From Chiloscyllium plagiosum (lineage: Eukaryota), in contig NC_057718.1 of assembly GCF_004010195.1 (NCBI RefSeq), positions 21,247,612 to 21,311,611 of the forward strand: 64,000 nt of DNA. The letters are read 5' to 3'. The number at the start of each line of letters is the position of its first letter. Positions within the stretch are counted from its first letter, which is position 1. Below the pieces are notes generated by a model, which made no database searches, was not told the origin of the DNA, and saw only the letters and a program-made list of their open reading frames with translations. This document shows positions 13,623 to 26,671 of the stretch, piece after piece. A program made the position numbers and the translations under genes.

Positions 13623-15230
13623 AGTCATAGAAATGTACAGCATGAAAACAGACCCTTTGGTCCAACTCGTCCATGCTGACCAGATATCCCAACCCAATCT
13701 AATCCCATCTGCCAGCACCCGGCCCATATCTCTCCAAACCCTTCCTATTCATATACCCATCCTGATGCCTTTAAAATGTTGCAATTGTATTAGCTTCCAG
13801 TACTTCCTGTAGCAGCCTATTCAACCACCTTCTGCATGAAAAAGTTGCCCCTGAGGTCTCTTTTATATCTTTCGCCTCTCATCCTAAACCTATGCCCTCT
13901 AGTTCTGGATGCTCTGCTCCCAGATAAAAGACCTTGTCTATTTACCCTATCCATGCCCCTCATGATTTTATAAACCTCAGCCTCCAATGCTCCAAGGAAA
14001 ACAGCCCTAGCCTATTCAATCTCTTCCTATAGCTCAAATCCTCCAGCCCTGGCAACATCCTTGTACATCTTTTCTGAACCTTTTCAAGTTTCACAACATC
14101 CTTCTGATAGGAAGGAGACCAGAATTGCACGCAATATTCCAACAGTGGCCTAACCAATGTCCTGGACAGCCACAATATGACCTCCCAACTGCTATACTCA
14201 ATACTCTGACCAATAATGGAAAGCATACCAAACGCCATCTTCACTATCCAAACTACCTGTGACTTCACTTTCAAGGAGCTATAAACCAGCACTCCAAGGT
14301 CTCTGTGTTAAGCAACACTCCCTAGGACCTTACCATTAAATGCATAAGTCCTGCTAAGATTTGCTTTCCAAAAATGCAGGACCTCACATTTATCTAAATT
14401 AAACTTCATCTGCCACTCCTCAGCCCATTGGGCCATCTGATCAAGATCCCATTGCAATCCAAGGTAACAATGTTCGCTGTCCACTACACCTCCAATTTTG
14501 GTATTATCTGCAAACTTACTAACTATTCCTCTAAAGCTCACATCCATGTCATTTATATAAATGAAGAAACGTAGGGGACCCAGCACCGATCCTTGTGGCA
14601 CTCCAGTGGTCACAGGCCTCCAGTCTGAAAAACAACTCTCCACCACCACCCTCTGTCTTCTATCTTTGAGCCAGTTCTGTATTCAAATGGCTCATTCTCC
14701 CTGTATTCCATGAGATCTAACCTTGCTAATCAGTCTCCCATGGGGAACCTTGTCGAATGCCTTACTCAAGTCCATATAGATCAAGTCCACCGCTCTGCCC
14801 TCATCAATCCTCTTTGTTACTTCTTCAAAATACTCAACCAAGTTTGTGAGACATGATTTCCCTTGCACAAAGCCATGTTGACTATCCCTAATTCCTGAAG
14901 GGCTTCTGCCTGAAACATCGATTCTTCCTGCTTCTCAGATGCTGCTTGACCTGCTATGCTTTTCCAGCACAACTCTAATCTTGACTCTAATCTCCATCAT
15001 CTGGAGTACCCACTTTCGCCTATCCCTCATCAGTCCTTGCCTTTCCAAATACATGTACATCCTGTCCCTCAGGTTTCCCTCCAACAACTTGCCCACTACC
15101 GACGTCAGGCTCACTGGTCTATAGTTCCCTGGCTTGTCCTTACCACATTTCTTAAACAGTGGCACCAAGTTAGCCAAGCTCCAGTCTTCCAGCACGTCAC
15201 CTGTGATACAAATATCTCAGCAAGAGGCTA
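13623..15230 (-). mobile_element. CR1 LINE, 1.6 kb 5'-truncated, RT domain and 3' end
   Basis: ORFs with PGNYRPVSLTS, GVPQGSVLGP, SKFADNTK and LVRPLLEYCVQFWSP. 3' tail near 13623. Confidence 0.95.
14893..15019 (+). mobile_element. PLE family B 3' end (degenerate HHR and tail) inserted in CR1
   Basis: cctgaagggcttctgcctgaaacatcg...cactttcgc. TSD ctatccctaat (14882-92) / ctatccctcat (15020-30). Confidence 0.8.
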
Positions 15231-15254
15231 AGATTATTTCTTAGACTCTACAAT

Positions 15255-15610
15255 TGACCTAGAAAATAAAAGACAGAGTCAGAAATGAAAAACAGTGAAG
15301 GAAAAGAAGTGGGAGAAGAGAGAAAGTACATAAAACTAAGTACATGAAAACAAAAAGATGAGTCGCAGACATAGGGGGAGAAATGCAAAGACACATGTAC
15401 ATAAGGAAAGAGAAACAGAAAGAGATTTATAAAAATACAGAGGCAGATTGAGAAAAACAAACTGACACATAACAAAAGCCAGGGTTAGACTAAATAAAAG
15501 CAGGCACAAGCGCCAAATGTGACGAAGAGAAAGCAAGATATGAAAAAGAGAGGGAGCAGGGCACAAAGAGAAGCTCAGACAAACAAACAGAAAAAGGACT
15601 AAACCAAGCA
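15255..15610. repeat. Purine-rich (A/G) low-complexity tract
   Basis: Strong A/G skew on the plus strand, which explains the F/S/L-rich spurious minus ORFs. Confidence 0.75.
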
Positions 15611-16629
15611 GATGCATTGTTTAAAACATCGATTCTCCAACTTATGTTCCCTTGACACATGCAGATATTGAAAAACAAATAATTTTAGCACTTGATCTTA
15701 CATTCTGCATTTGAAACCAGTTAACATTTGGCACTCGACACAAATAGAAACTTCAGACTCAAGTTATTATAATATTTATTGGAATGACAACAAAAAATTA
15801 TTATAGATGGGGTGCTGGGTTCTCCTTTGATCCCAGCTTTCATGCATCAGCAGATCCATTTTATCTTTTTAATATCTTCACTCCTAGTAAACAAAGAAAA
15901 TCAGTAAGAGTTTCACATGCTGATTTTGGCACAGCTAACTAATCCTGCATTTATAGGATCCTAGGCTCAATTTTATTAAAGTATGAATAATGAAAAGATG
16001 ACAGAAAGCTATAAAATTCTCTGACAAAGTTCATGTTAATCCTTTTAACTGCCTTTACGAGCTGATTCATTTCTTAAATATCAGAACTGAAAACCTTAAA
16101 AAATAATATTTAAACAAGATTAAGCACATTGAACTAGTTAAGGAGCCAACAAGTTTCAATTACTACTCACAACAACTACTTAAAAAGGACCAGTAAATCT
16201 AAAACACCACTTTCAACTATGATCCCAGGATCAATGTTCAAAACATACACTTGGATTATCTTAATAAGGCAGTATTGTGTAACTCTTTCAAGTCTTTTCC
16301 AGAAGTAACCCTTGTTGGATATTATAAGACCTTCAGTTATTAATGTCTGAAATAATCTGCTAAATTTGACTGTCAATAGGAAGACCCACACACTATCTTC
16401 TAAATAATGGAATATTTATTCTGAAGAAGGAGCAACAAACTCATGACATTCCCCAAATGGATGGCATCATCACAAATATAAATATGCAACAGTTTTCATA
16501 TATTAATCCCATATGGTGGAACAGCACATCCAGCCATGAGATCTCTAAAATATGCCTTGCAGAAACCAGGAAGTAAGCAGTAAGAGAAACAAAAACAAAG
16601 CGTGACACCCCTGAACCAATTCCAAAGGG

Positions 16630-17063
16630 AGGTGATAATGTAGTAATGATGCAACTGAACTAATAATCTTGAACAGCAGGATAATGTTCTGGGTGTGTAG
16701 GTTTGAACCCCACCATACTGAAATTTGGAATCAATTAAAATTTAGGATAGAAAAGCCCTAATCCAACTTTGTTAGAAAATTTTATAGCTTTATGTCAACA
16801 TTTCATTCTTCATACTTTAACAAAATTGAGTTTCGGATCCCACAAATACAGGTTAGTTAGCTGGCAAATATCGCAAAAATGCACCTGGTACATTAAAAGT
16901 CATTCAAGGAATGAAATCTGCTCTCCTTAGCTGGTCCGGCTGAGATGTGACTTCTGGTCCACAGCAAATGTGGTTGACTCTTAACTGCCGTCTGTGTAAT
17001 TAGAGATAGGCAATAATTGCTCATCTAGCCAGCGATGCCCATATGCCATGAGCAAATAAAAAA
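16630..17063 (+). mobile_element. SINE family 2
   Basis: Homologous to 61165-61695. B-box-like ggtttgaacccc and an A-rich tail after caataattgc..gccagcgatgccc. Confidence 0.65.
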
Positions 17064-18602
17064 ATTCTATCATTGGTGCAATTGGGAAGAGATTACTTGT
17101 TTTCAATCTTAATCAAGATGGTATGAAGTGAAAAATATAGTAGAGTTGGAAGGAGTCTCATTGTGAACTTTGGGGTTCCACGACAACACCCAATGAGTCA
17201 AAACATTTCACACTCAAACATGGATGAGTTTTAAATTTGTACGTGCACGAGTTTGTTTGAACCCTTCTGCTGTTGTTTTACACTAATCACATCAAAAAAC
17301 TTGCCCAAGTGACCACAAAACCTGACTTCCCAAGTTATCACGATGTGAAATAGGCTATATAAATCTTTTAAAACATTTCAACCATGTCAAGCAAAAACAT
17401 CTTATTGCTTCAATGAGAAATGCAACAAACCTTCCAAAAAAACTGAAGAGGAAAACTTATACAGGACAACAGGCTAACTGAGCAGATAAAGGAATGAAGC
17501 AAATATTGATATTGGACTGAAATTATTGCTTTACACAAGAATATAATGTTAATGAGAAATATTATTTAAAAAGCAGGACTAACTGTTCACTTTCGAGGGG
17601 CAAGAAGCTTATGCTGCATTGCTTATAAACATATGAAATATATCTTAATTACTTAAGCAAGGAATGACAGATTCCATATTACTGAAGCATCAATTACAAT
17701 TTTACTAGTCATTTAAGCTTAATAAGTATATATTCCATGTTAATAAGTTTAAACAATTATTTTTAAAGTCTGATTTCAAACTTAACATCTTTTTGTTCCA
17801 TTGGTTAAATCAGCCTTGTTTTGTAATTTTCACAAACTGCTTTACCTTCAACATATGCTATAACCTGTACAAGTTGCCGAATATAGTGTTGCATTTCATT
17901 GCATTAAGTTTATTTAATCAATTTCCACATAATGCATAAGTTAATCAATCATGGAAAACAAACTATAACTAGTCAACCAGGGAATCTGATCAGCCCAACT
18001 ACCACATTCAGTTGATGAATCACTCTCCTACAGACCACACCACTGTTGTACAGACGTGAAGTATTAACTTAAATGAAGCAGACTAATGTCAGACCAGAGT
18101 TCTCAATATATCTGTAATGCTCTTCATGCCCCTCCATCCAATAGCTACACACAACTGAAACCAACGGCTAGAATAAGACCAGAACAAATAAGAACAGGAC
18201 TAGATTGTTCAGCCCCTCACATCCACTTTCCTGCCTTTTCCCCTTGATGATCAAAAACCTATTTCAGCCTTAAATATACACATACACATATGCAATTATT
18301 TGTGTTAAATTGATTTCTTCATCCAACTTTCCATTATCCTGTGACACAGGTATTGCTTCTTACAAAGACTGTTCGATTTGATCATCTTTCTGACAATAGA
18401 TAAGATTTGAAATCAATATTAAACACTAAATCATAATATGTATTTGTTGCATGCATTCCTTAGTTTACGTGTTTAAGTATTATTGGGGTTCTTGGAGATT
18501 TTAATACTTAAACAGCACTGGGCTAACTGTACATACCATTTATCTGTTAGACTTTTCATTATCACACATTCATCAAGTTTGAAATAAAGACTTGTGAAAC
18601 TT

Positions 18603-19320
18603 CCAACAATAACTTGCTCTTACAAAAGCACCTTTAACTCGTACAACACCCAAAGGCACTTCTTAGGGATGTTAACCCTCCATGAAACTCCCTAAATGAA
18701 ACAGCCAAGTTTTGGGAAATTTAGTCATTTTGGATGTAGGTTGGCTCACTGACCTGCAAGGTTCACTTCCAGACATTTCATTACCTTACTAGGTAACATC
18801 TTCAGTGGGCTTCAGGCAAAGCAATGCTGAAAATTCCTGCTTTCTATTTATATGTTTGGGTTGGTGATGCCATTTCCTGTGGTGATGTCATTTCCTGTGG
18901 TGAAGTCACTTCCTGTTCGTTTTCTCAGGGGGGTGGTAGATGGGGTCTAACTCGATGTGTTTGTTGATAGAGTTCTGGTTGGAATGCCAAGCTTGTAGGA
19001 ATTCTCATGCTTGTCTTTGTTTGGCTTGTCCTAGGATGGATGGAAGTGGTGTCCTTCCTCATCCGTATGTGAGGATACTAGCGAGAGAGGGTCATGTCTT
19101 TTTGTGGCTAGTTGATGTTCAGGTATCCTGGTGGCTAGCTTTCTGCCTGTTTGTCCAATGTAGTTTTTGTTACAGTCCTTACACGGTATTTTGTAGTCAT
19201 TTTGCAATTCTCCATGAGTCATTCTATCTTAAAAGGAGGAGAGCTAAGGGTCAGAAAGATTAGAAAGGGAATTTCAGAGTTTAACACATAGTTAGCTAAA
19301 GGTAGCGCCATCAAGAACTT
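18603..19320 (-). mobile_element. L2-like LINE 3' relic interrupted by a PLE
   Basis: 18603-18670 is the reverse complement of an L2-type tail similar to 60530-60580. It resumes at about 19205-19320 with gggaatttcagagttt..agctaaagg. Confidence 0.45.
18730..19196 (-). mobile_element. PLE family A, 5'-truncated
   Basis: ORF 19031-19222 YKIPCKDCNKNYIGQTGRKLATRIPEH (GIY-YIG). Same 3' end point as the copy ending at 8348. Confidence 0.9.
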
Positions 19321-20354
19321 CAAGAGTCAAGAAGAGAATCAACATAGTTGAAAGTCATAACACAAACTGATGCCCCCAATCTACAAGCGATTTGGAACCT
19401 CCTTATCACCCATAGTCTGCTGCATTGTTGCAAAGACTGCTCACATTTTCAGAAGAAAATGATGTCGAACTAGAGTTCGCCACTTCAGGTAGGTTTTTAA
19501 CTAGTTCTCAAAAGGTCAAGATTAAAAAAGACATTGAGGGTTTAAAAGAGAAAATTGCAGAATGTGGTACTGGCCACATTTTTTAATACAAAATGAATGC
19601 AGTTCATCCATACAAAGTAGCATTTTCTATTTTAATCTGTGGCTTGCAATAGCCATTTTTTATTAGCATGCCAAACAACAGAACCACATATTTTTTAACA
19701 TTTAATTAGCACCATTCCTGTGAGTTTGCAGTTAACAAATGAATGCAAAAACAGTAATCTTCAAAATGAGTTGAAAATACTTAGCCAAAACAAAAAAGAA
19801 ATTCCAGAATCTACCGACCTCCTCAGCTGAACTATACATGACTCCAGAACAATACGGTCGGAAAGAAGTTCTTTATGTCAGACATATCCGATTAAGCAGA
19901 GAATGTGGTTAAAGGATGCGTTCCAATTTGTTTCACTTCAGTCATATATTTGTATGTTTATCACTTAACTGAAGCTCTGAGCCAATACTACAGGAAGTAT
20001 CTTTGAGATAAACGCTGTTTGTGCTTTGGACAAGATAAGAATCTGTGCCCTCAGAAGTCAGTAGATCACATCACCTTGAGTACTGAAACTAACAGCAGCC
20101 CATATAAATAAGCTATTGGCAGAACAATGGTCAAATTATCAACTTTTTAATTAAAAGTTTTGCTCTCTTTCAGAAGTGCAAGATTTAATTTTGTTTTAAC
20201 CCCAAATAGACAAATGTTAAAATGCATACTCAATTCTCAACATGTCAACAGCTTCTAAATTTGAATACACAACTGGCACAGGATGATTCTCTTAAAGCAG
20301 GTCAAGCTTCATTGTTAAAGCCACACTATCTTTCACTTCTCATTCTGTAAGAAT

Positions 20355-20515
20355 TAATGTGAATGTGCTGGTGGTAGACTGGAGTGGACAATGTTAAAAA
20401 TCACACAATACCAGGTTATAGTCCAACAAGTTTATTTGGAGGAGCAGCCCTCTGAAAGCTAGTACTTCCAAATAAACACGTTACACTATAATCTGGTGTT
20501 GTGAGATTTTCAATA
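20355..20515. mobile_element. PLE family C head-to-head inverted mini-insertion
   Basis: aaaaatcacacaataccaggttatagtccaacaagtttatttgga is inverted against tccaaataaacacgttacactataatctggtgttgtgagatttt. TSD tgtaagaat (20346-54 / 20516-24). Confidence 0.8.
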
Positions 20516-20586
20516 TGTAAGAATGGCTGTTCACATTCAAAAGAGAAAAAAAAACTTTTTGCTTCCCAGTATACTTAGCATGGGTA

Positions 20587-20721
20587 TTGTCGAGTGTGGT
20601 GCTGGAAAAGGGTCTGGTGAAGGGCTTTTGCCCGAAACATCGATTCTCCTGCTTCTCAGATGCTGCCTGACCTGCTGTACCACACTCTCTAATCTCTGGC
20701 ATCTGCAATCCTCACTTTCGC
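20587..20721 (+). mobile_element. PLE family B mini-insertion with a short inverted left arm
   Basis: gtgtggtgctggaaaag (inverted), then ctggtgaagggcttttgcccgaaacatcg and tail. TSD catgggta (20579-86 / 20722-29). Confidence 0.8.
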
Positions 20722-20754
20722 CATGGGTACAGTAAAAGAATACAGAGCATTGGG

Positions 20755-22040
20755 ACAAGGGAGTTATTTTCAGTACAGTAATCCATAACCAGTAGGAGTA
20801 TCATAAAGATCAGTGCTAGGGCCACAACGGTTTACAATATGCATTAATGACTTGGATGACAAGTAACAAGGCTATCATAAACAGTCTGGAGAGGGATACA
20901 GAAGGTTAAGCGAGTGGACAAAAACTTGGCAGGTGGAATATAATGTTAAGAAATGAAGTTCCTGCACTTTGGCAGGAAGAACAGACAAAGCGTGGGCGGC
21001 ACAGTTGCACAGTGGTTAACACTGCTGCCTCACAGCACCAAAGACCTGGGTTCAATTCCCACCTCAGGCGACTGACTGTGTGGAGTTTGCACATTCTCCC
21101 CGTGCCTGCGTGGGTTTCCTCCGGGTTTTCCGGTCTCCTCCCACAGTCCAAAAATGTGCAGGTTAGGTGATTTGGCCATACTAAATTGCCCGTAGTGTTA
21201 GATGAAGGGGTAAATGTCGGGGAATGGGTCTGGGTGGGTTGCACTTTGGCGGATTGGTGTGGACTTGTTGGGCTGAAGGACCTGTTTCCACACTAAGTAA
21301 TGTAATGTAATGTAATGTAATCTAAACTGAATATTATTTACATGGAGACTGCAGAAAGCTAAAGACTGCAGAGACTGCATCCATGAATCACAAAAAGCTA
21401 GCAAAGTTCAGCAGGTAATAAGAAGGGCAAATAAAATGTTGAACTTCCTTTCACAAGAAATGGATCATAAAAGTAGGAGGTTTTGTTAAAACTTAAAAAG
21501 GACTAGTCAGATCACTAGTGAACAGTTTTGCATTCCTGATGCAAGGCAAGATATACTGGCACTGGAAACAGTCCAGAAAAATGTTCACTTGGCTTATACT
21601 AGCTATGGAGGGGCTGGTTAATGAGGAGAGGTCAAGTGGGTTAGGCCTGCATTCATTAGAATTTTAAAAAATGAAACCTTATTGAAACAGACAAAATTCG
21701 TAGGGGATTTGACAGGATAGGTGCTGGAAGTTTGTATGCCCATGTGGAAGAGCCTAAAATCAGAGTGCATAATCTCAAGGTCACACATTTAAGATAGAGA
21801 TGAGGAGAATTTTATTTCTCCTTTTGAGTCGTGAATCCGTGGAATTTCTTAACAAAGGACTATCAGTGCTGGATCATTGAGTATATTCAAGGTTAAGATA
21901 GACAGATTTTTAAATCAGCAGGGGATTCAAGGGTTAGAGGGAAAAGGCAGGAAAGTGAAGGATTGTTACATCAGCCATGATCTCATTGAATATTGAAGAA
22001 TACTTGATGGGCTGAATGGCCTACTTCTGCTTCTACGTCC
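20755..22040 (+). mobile_element. Old CR1 RT and 3' region interrupted by a SINE
   Basis: Decayed gatcagtgctagggccacaa..attaatgacttggatga (GSVLGP..INDLD) through the tail gggctgaatggcctacttctgcttct. Confidence 0.7.
20994..21328 (+). mobile_element. tRNA-derived V-SINE (HE1-like)
   Basis: A-box/B-box head (cacagtggttaacac..ggttcaattccc), V-domain tgtgtggagtttgcacattctcccc, CR1-like tail and (tgtaa)n end. Confidence 0.9.
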
Positions 22041-23325
22041 AGTGTCTGTCTTGATGTATTCATTAAAGAGAAGTTGGCTTTCCTTTATAGAAAGGCAAGA
22101 GTGAAAATTCAGGAACATTTTCCAATTTGCAATTGTGTTAAATGACTTTAGTAAATGGCCTCAACAAGCTACAAGAGACCAACATAACTTTGGTAAAAAT
22201 TAGATTGAATATGTCTCAGTGCTAGAAAGAATATACATGGAGCATCATAAAAAAACAGATTAAATTCTCCCAAAATATGGCGAACTATCAATTTTGCCAA
22301 GTCTCTTGGTGAATTTCCTTCTGAATCCTAGTAATCTTAACGACGCCATTTTAGACTGATCTTTAAGTATGCACCTGTCTCACAGCACCATTATCAATAA
22401 GTGGCAGACATGCTCATCGATGCTGGGACCTTACGGCATGTAAACCCCAATGGTGCACCATTTCAAGTGTTACCAACCTTACCTTATATGGATATCCACG
22501 TCAGTGCGTTGTTCCTGGTCCAGGGTAACATGCAGCAGTGCTGCAAGAATAACCTGCAGTGCTCAGCAAAGTGTCACTATCTTCTTTTTGTTTTCTCACT
22601 GTAACACTGTCACTGCACCAACCTCCAATCAATGTTGGGAAAAGTTGACCAGGTTGAATGCTCGAAGATGTTGCCAATGATCTGCAGCCACCAGATTACC
22701 ACTCTGACTTTCAAGTTGGGAAAGTGGTGAAAACTAATTTTTCACCCATACCTGGTGAACCTTCATATAAATAAGATGAGATTAGCTTACTAATGAGATT
22801 CTCATCCAGCTATTAGAAAGTGAAAGTTTGACATTTCCCCCCTCAATATTTTTCAGACTTGCCATATTATTTCCCAAGTGTCCAGTCACTGCTCACGTCT
22901 TTCATAGGTGGAGACATCTCAAACACACACGTACTGGAATATAAATTAGTGAAGAGGAATTGTTGTTTCATAATGCGGTTTTCACAGAAAGCTCCCTAAG
23001 CCTTGACCTGTGTACAATTAGAAGACTGTTTATTAAAAGGTAAAGTTTACCAACAGCCAAATCTTCTTCAGTCTCCACTGATCCTAACTAAGAACAAAAA
23101 TATTCTCAAGTTACACAATGAAAACAACAAAGTCCTGCAGCAGCTGATATTAAAAATAGTTCTCTCTCTTCAGATGTTATTCCTCTTTGCTTTAAATCTG
23201 TCACCAACTCACCTCTCCTCAAAAAAAGCTTTCACCTCATTATCCTTCATAACTGCCATTTAATCTTCAAATCCCCTTTCCTTGCCAAAGTTTCTGATCA
23301 TGTTATCACCTTCTAAATCCATTCC

Positions 23326-23747
23326 AGTCATAGAGTCAGAGTCATACAGAATGTGAACAGAGCCTTCAGTCCAACTCATCCATGCCAATCAGACATCACA
23401 ATTTGCCAGCATTTGGCCCGTATTCCTCTAAGCCCTTTCTATTCATTACTAATCCAGATGCCTTTTAAATGGTGTAATTGTACTTGCCTCCACTACTTCC
23501 TCTGGCAACTCATTCCATGCACACACTACTGATTGGAGAGCTTCAACTGAGAGTTTTGGTAAAGTGACCACTTTTGAATACTGTATATATTTCTGGTTGC
23601 CCTTTTATAGGAAGGATGTTGTTAAATTTGAGAGGGTGCAGAAAAGATTTACAAGGATATTGCCAGGACTGTAGAGTTTGAGTTATTGGAGAGGCTGAAT
23701 AGGCACACACTACTCTCTGCATGAAGAAGTTACCCGAGGTCCTATTT
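23326..23747 (-). mobile_element. CR1 3' fragment containing an oppositely oriented internal CR1 piece (23531-23702)
   Basis: gcacacactact is duplicated at 23519-30 and 23703-14 around plus-strand CR1 ORF2 sequence. Confidence 0.8.
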
Positions 23748-23857
23748 ACATTAGTACAGATGACCAAATGTTTAGTCAGACAGATCAATTTTAATTCTGG
23801 ATTAGTGGTGCTGGAAGAGCACAGCGGTTCAGGCAGCATCCCAGGTTTAGCAGTAAA

Positions 23858-23891
23858 ATCAACGTTTCAGGCAAAAGCCCTTCATCAGGAA
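23858..23891 (-). ncRNA. Minimal hammerhead ribozyme motif (family B)
   Basis: Minus strand reads ttc CTGATGA a gggc tttt gcct GAAA cgtt gat. Confidence 0.7.
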
Positions 23892-23997
23892 TAAAGGCAG
23901 AGAGCCTGAAGAGTGGAGAGATAAGCTAGAGGAGGGTGGGGGTGGGGAGAAAGTGGCATAGAGTACAATAGGTGAGTGGGGGAGGAGATGAAGGTGA

Positions 23998-24583
23998 NNN
24001 NNNNNNNNNNNNNNNNNNNNNNNNNNNNNNNNNNNNNNNNNNNNNNNNNNNNNNNNNNNNNNNNNNNNNNNNNNNNNNNNNNNNNNNNNNNNNNNNNNNN
24101 NNNNNNNNNNNNNNNNNNNNNNNNNNNNNNNNNNNNNNNNNNNNNNNNNNNNNNNNNNNNNNNNNNNNNNNNNNNNNNNNNNNNNNNNNNNNNNNNNNNN
24201 NNNNNNNNNNNNNNNNNNNNNNNNNNNNNNNNNNNNNNNNNNNNNNNNNNNNNNNNNNNNNNNNNNNNNNNNNNNNNNNNNNNNNNNNNNNNNNNNNNNN
24301 NNNNNNNNNNNNNNNNNNNNNNNNNNNNNNNNNNNNNNNNNNNNNNNNNNNNNNNNNNNNNNNNNNNNNNNNNNNNNNNNNNNNNNNNNNNNNNNNNNNN
24401 NNNNNNNNNNNNNNNNNNNNNNNNNNNNNNNNNNNNNNNNNNNNNNNNNNNNNNNNNNNNNNNNNNNNNNNNNNNNNNNNNNNNNNNNNNNNNNNNNNNN
24501 NNNNNNNNNNNNNNNNNNNNNNNNNNNNNNNNNNNNNNNNNNNNNNNNNNNNNNNNNNNNNNNNNNNNNNNNNNNNNNNNNNN
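23998..24583. other. Assembly gap (N run)
   Basis: Direct read of the sequence. Confidence 1.
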
Positions 24584-26671
24584 GCAGATACGGCGGAGGC
24601 GGAGGAATTGGGAATATGGGATGGCATTTGTGCAAGAGGTAGGGTGAGAAGAGGTGTAATCCAGGTAGCTGTGGGAGTCGGTGGGTTTGTAAAAAATGTC
24701 AGCGTCAAGTCGGTCATCATTAATGGAGATGGAGAGGTCCAGGAAGGATAAGGAGGTGCCAGAGATAGTCCAGGTAAATTTAAGGTCAGGGTGGATTGTG
24801 TTGGTGAAGTTGATGAATTGCTCAACCTCCTCGCGGAAGCACGAGGTGGCGCCAATGCAGTCATCAATGTAGCGGAGGAAGAGGTGGGGAGTAGTGCCGG
24901 TATAATTATGGAAGATCGACCGTTCTACGTAGCCAACAAAGAGACAGGCATAGCTGGGGCCCATATGTGTACCCATGTCCCTGTGGTCTGGAGGAAGTGG
25001 GAGGATTTGAAGGAGAAATTGTTAAGGGTGAGGACCAGTTCGGCCAAACGAATGAGAGAGTGTCAGTGGAAGGGTACTGTTGGGGACGTCGGGAGAGGAA
25101 AAAACAGAGGGCTTGGAGGCCCTGGTCATGGCGGATGGAGGTGTAGAGGGATTGGATATCCATGGTGAAGATGAGGCGTTGGAAGCCGGGGAGGTCTTGG
25201 AGGAGGTGGCGGGCGTGGGTGGTGTCTCGAACATATGTGGGGAGTTCCTGGACTAGGGGGGATAGGACAGTGTCGAGGTAGGTAGAAATGAGTTCAGTGG
25301 GACAGGAGCAGGCTGAAACAATGGGTCGGCCAGGGTGGTCAGGCTTGTGGATCTTGGGAAGGAGGTAGAACCGGGCAGTGCGAGGTTCCCGGACTATGAG
25401 GTTGGAAGCTGTGGGTGGGAGATCTCCTGAGGTGATGAGGTTCTGTATGGTCTGGGAGATGATGGTTTGATGAGGGGGGGGTGGGGTCATGGTTGAGGGG
25501 GCGGTAGGAAATGGTGTCCTCGAGCTGGCGGTTGGCTTCAGCGGTGCGCCAGACTACCTCTGTGCCCCCTTTATCTGCCGGCTTGATGGTGAGGTCAGGA
25601 TTAGAGCAGAGTGATTGGAGGGCTGCGCGCTGTGAGGGTGAGAGGTTGGAGTGGGGGAGGAGGGTAGACAGGTTGAGGTGGTTAATGTCCCAGCGGCAGT
25701 TGGAAATGAAGAGGCCGAGGGCAGGTAATAGGCCAGCGCGGGGTGTCCAGGTGGATGCAGTGTGTTGGAGGTGGGCGAAGGGGTCCTCGGAAAGTGGGTG
25801 GAAGTCCTGATTGTGAAAGTAAGCTCGGAGGCAGAGGAGGAAGTGTTTGACGTCACGCCGTGTATTAAATTCATTGACGCGTGGACGGAGGGGGATGAAG
25901 GTGAGTCCTTTGCTGAGGACTGATCATTCATCCTCAGTGAGGGGGAGGTCTGGAGGGATGGTGAAAACTCGGCAGGGCTGGGAGCTGAGTGTGGGTGCGG
26001 AGCCGGTAACTGGAGAGGGTGTGATGGTGGAGGGAATGGGGGTGGAGTCATGAGCAGGGGTGGTGTTCCCCTCAGGGTTCTGGGGGCCAGGAATGGTGAC
26101 ATGGGATCTGTGGGGGGCGTGTCAGCAGAATGCAGGTGAGTGGCCTTGGTGGGGCGGAAGTGGTGGCAGACACGGCAGTAGGGGTGGCAGAAGTCACTGA
26201 GTGTGTGACATCAGCGATGATGTGATGGGCGGAAGTGATGTCGCGTGTGATGCATGAGGAATTGTGAGGGGTGGAAGTGGTTGTGGGAGTGGCCATGATG
26301 GCAGCAGAAGTGACATCATCAATCAGCGTGGGGGTGGCAGCTGCACCAGCCGCATGGCTAATGGCGTCCGAGCAGTTCCAGAGGCCGGGTGAATCTTCCG
26401 GAATGTTTGAGGAGCACTGGTTATGGAGGTGGGTAGATAAAAGTTTGTTGTACTTACAGTTTTTGATGTTTGAGATGGAGTTGAAATACTGTTTATTGAG
26501 AGTATGAATTCTCCTGAGGATGTAGTACAGAGTGGGTCCTTTGCAATTTACCATGGAGGAGGATTAGGAAGGGAATTCTAGAAATCAGGGCCTAGGCAGC
26601 TGAAGACACAGTAGTTAATGGTGGAATGATGAAAGTTGGAATTGTAGTAGAAGTTAGAAGTTAGAAGTTAG

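Larger units (their letters stand above)
23795..26550 (-). mobile_element. Long Penelope-like element family B (Neptune-like, inferred): N-terminal region, RT and pseudo-LTR with HHR; frameshifted and gapped
   Basis: FYLLPKIHKPDHPGRPIVS, FTMDIQSLYTSI, MGPSYACLFVGYVE, FLRYIDD and YLDYTSSHP are PLE RT motifs. The endonuclease region falls in the N-gap. Confidence 0.92.

Noticed and set aside
15248..15678. Hydrophobic F/L/S-rich minus ORFs resembling membrane proteins
   Set aside because: They are translations of a low-complexity purine/pyrimidine tract.
22482..22553. Minus-strand donor AAG|gtaagg with open frame VILAALLHVTLDQEQRTDVDIHI
   Set aside because: There is no polypyrimidine acceptor, a stop lies just upstream, and the end phase does not fit.
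23859..24976. Long ORFs of 220-450 aa across 23998-24583 and 39859-40734
   Set aside because: Their length is an artefact of the N runs. Only the PLE RT portions are real.
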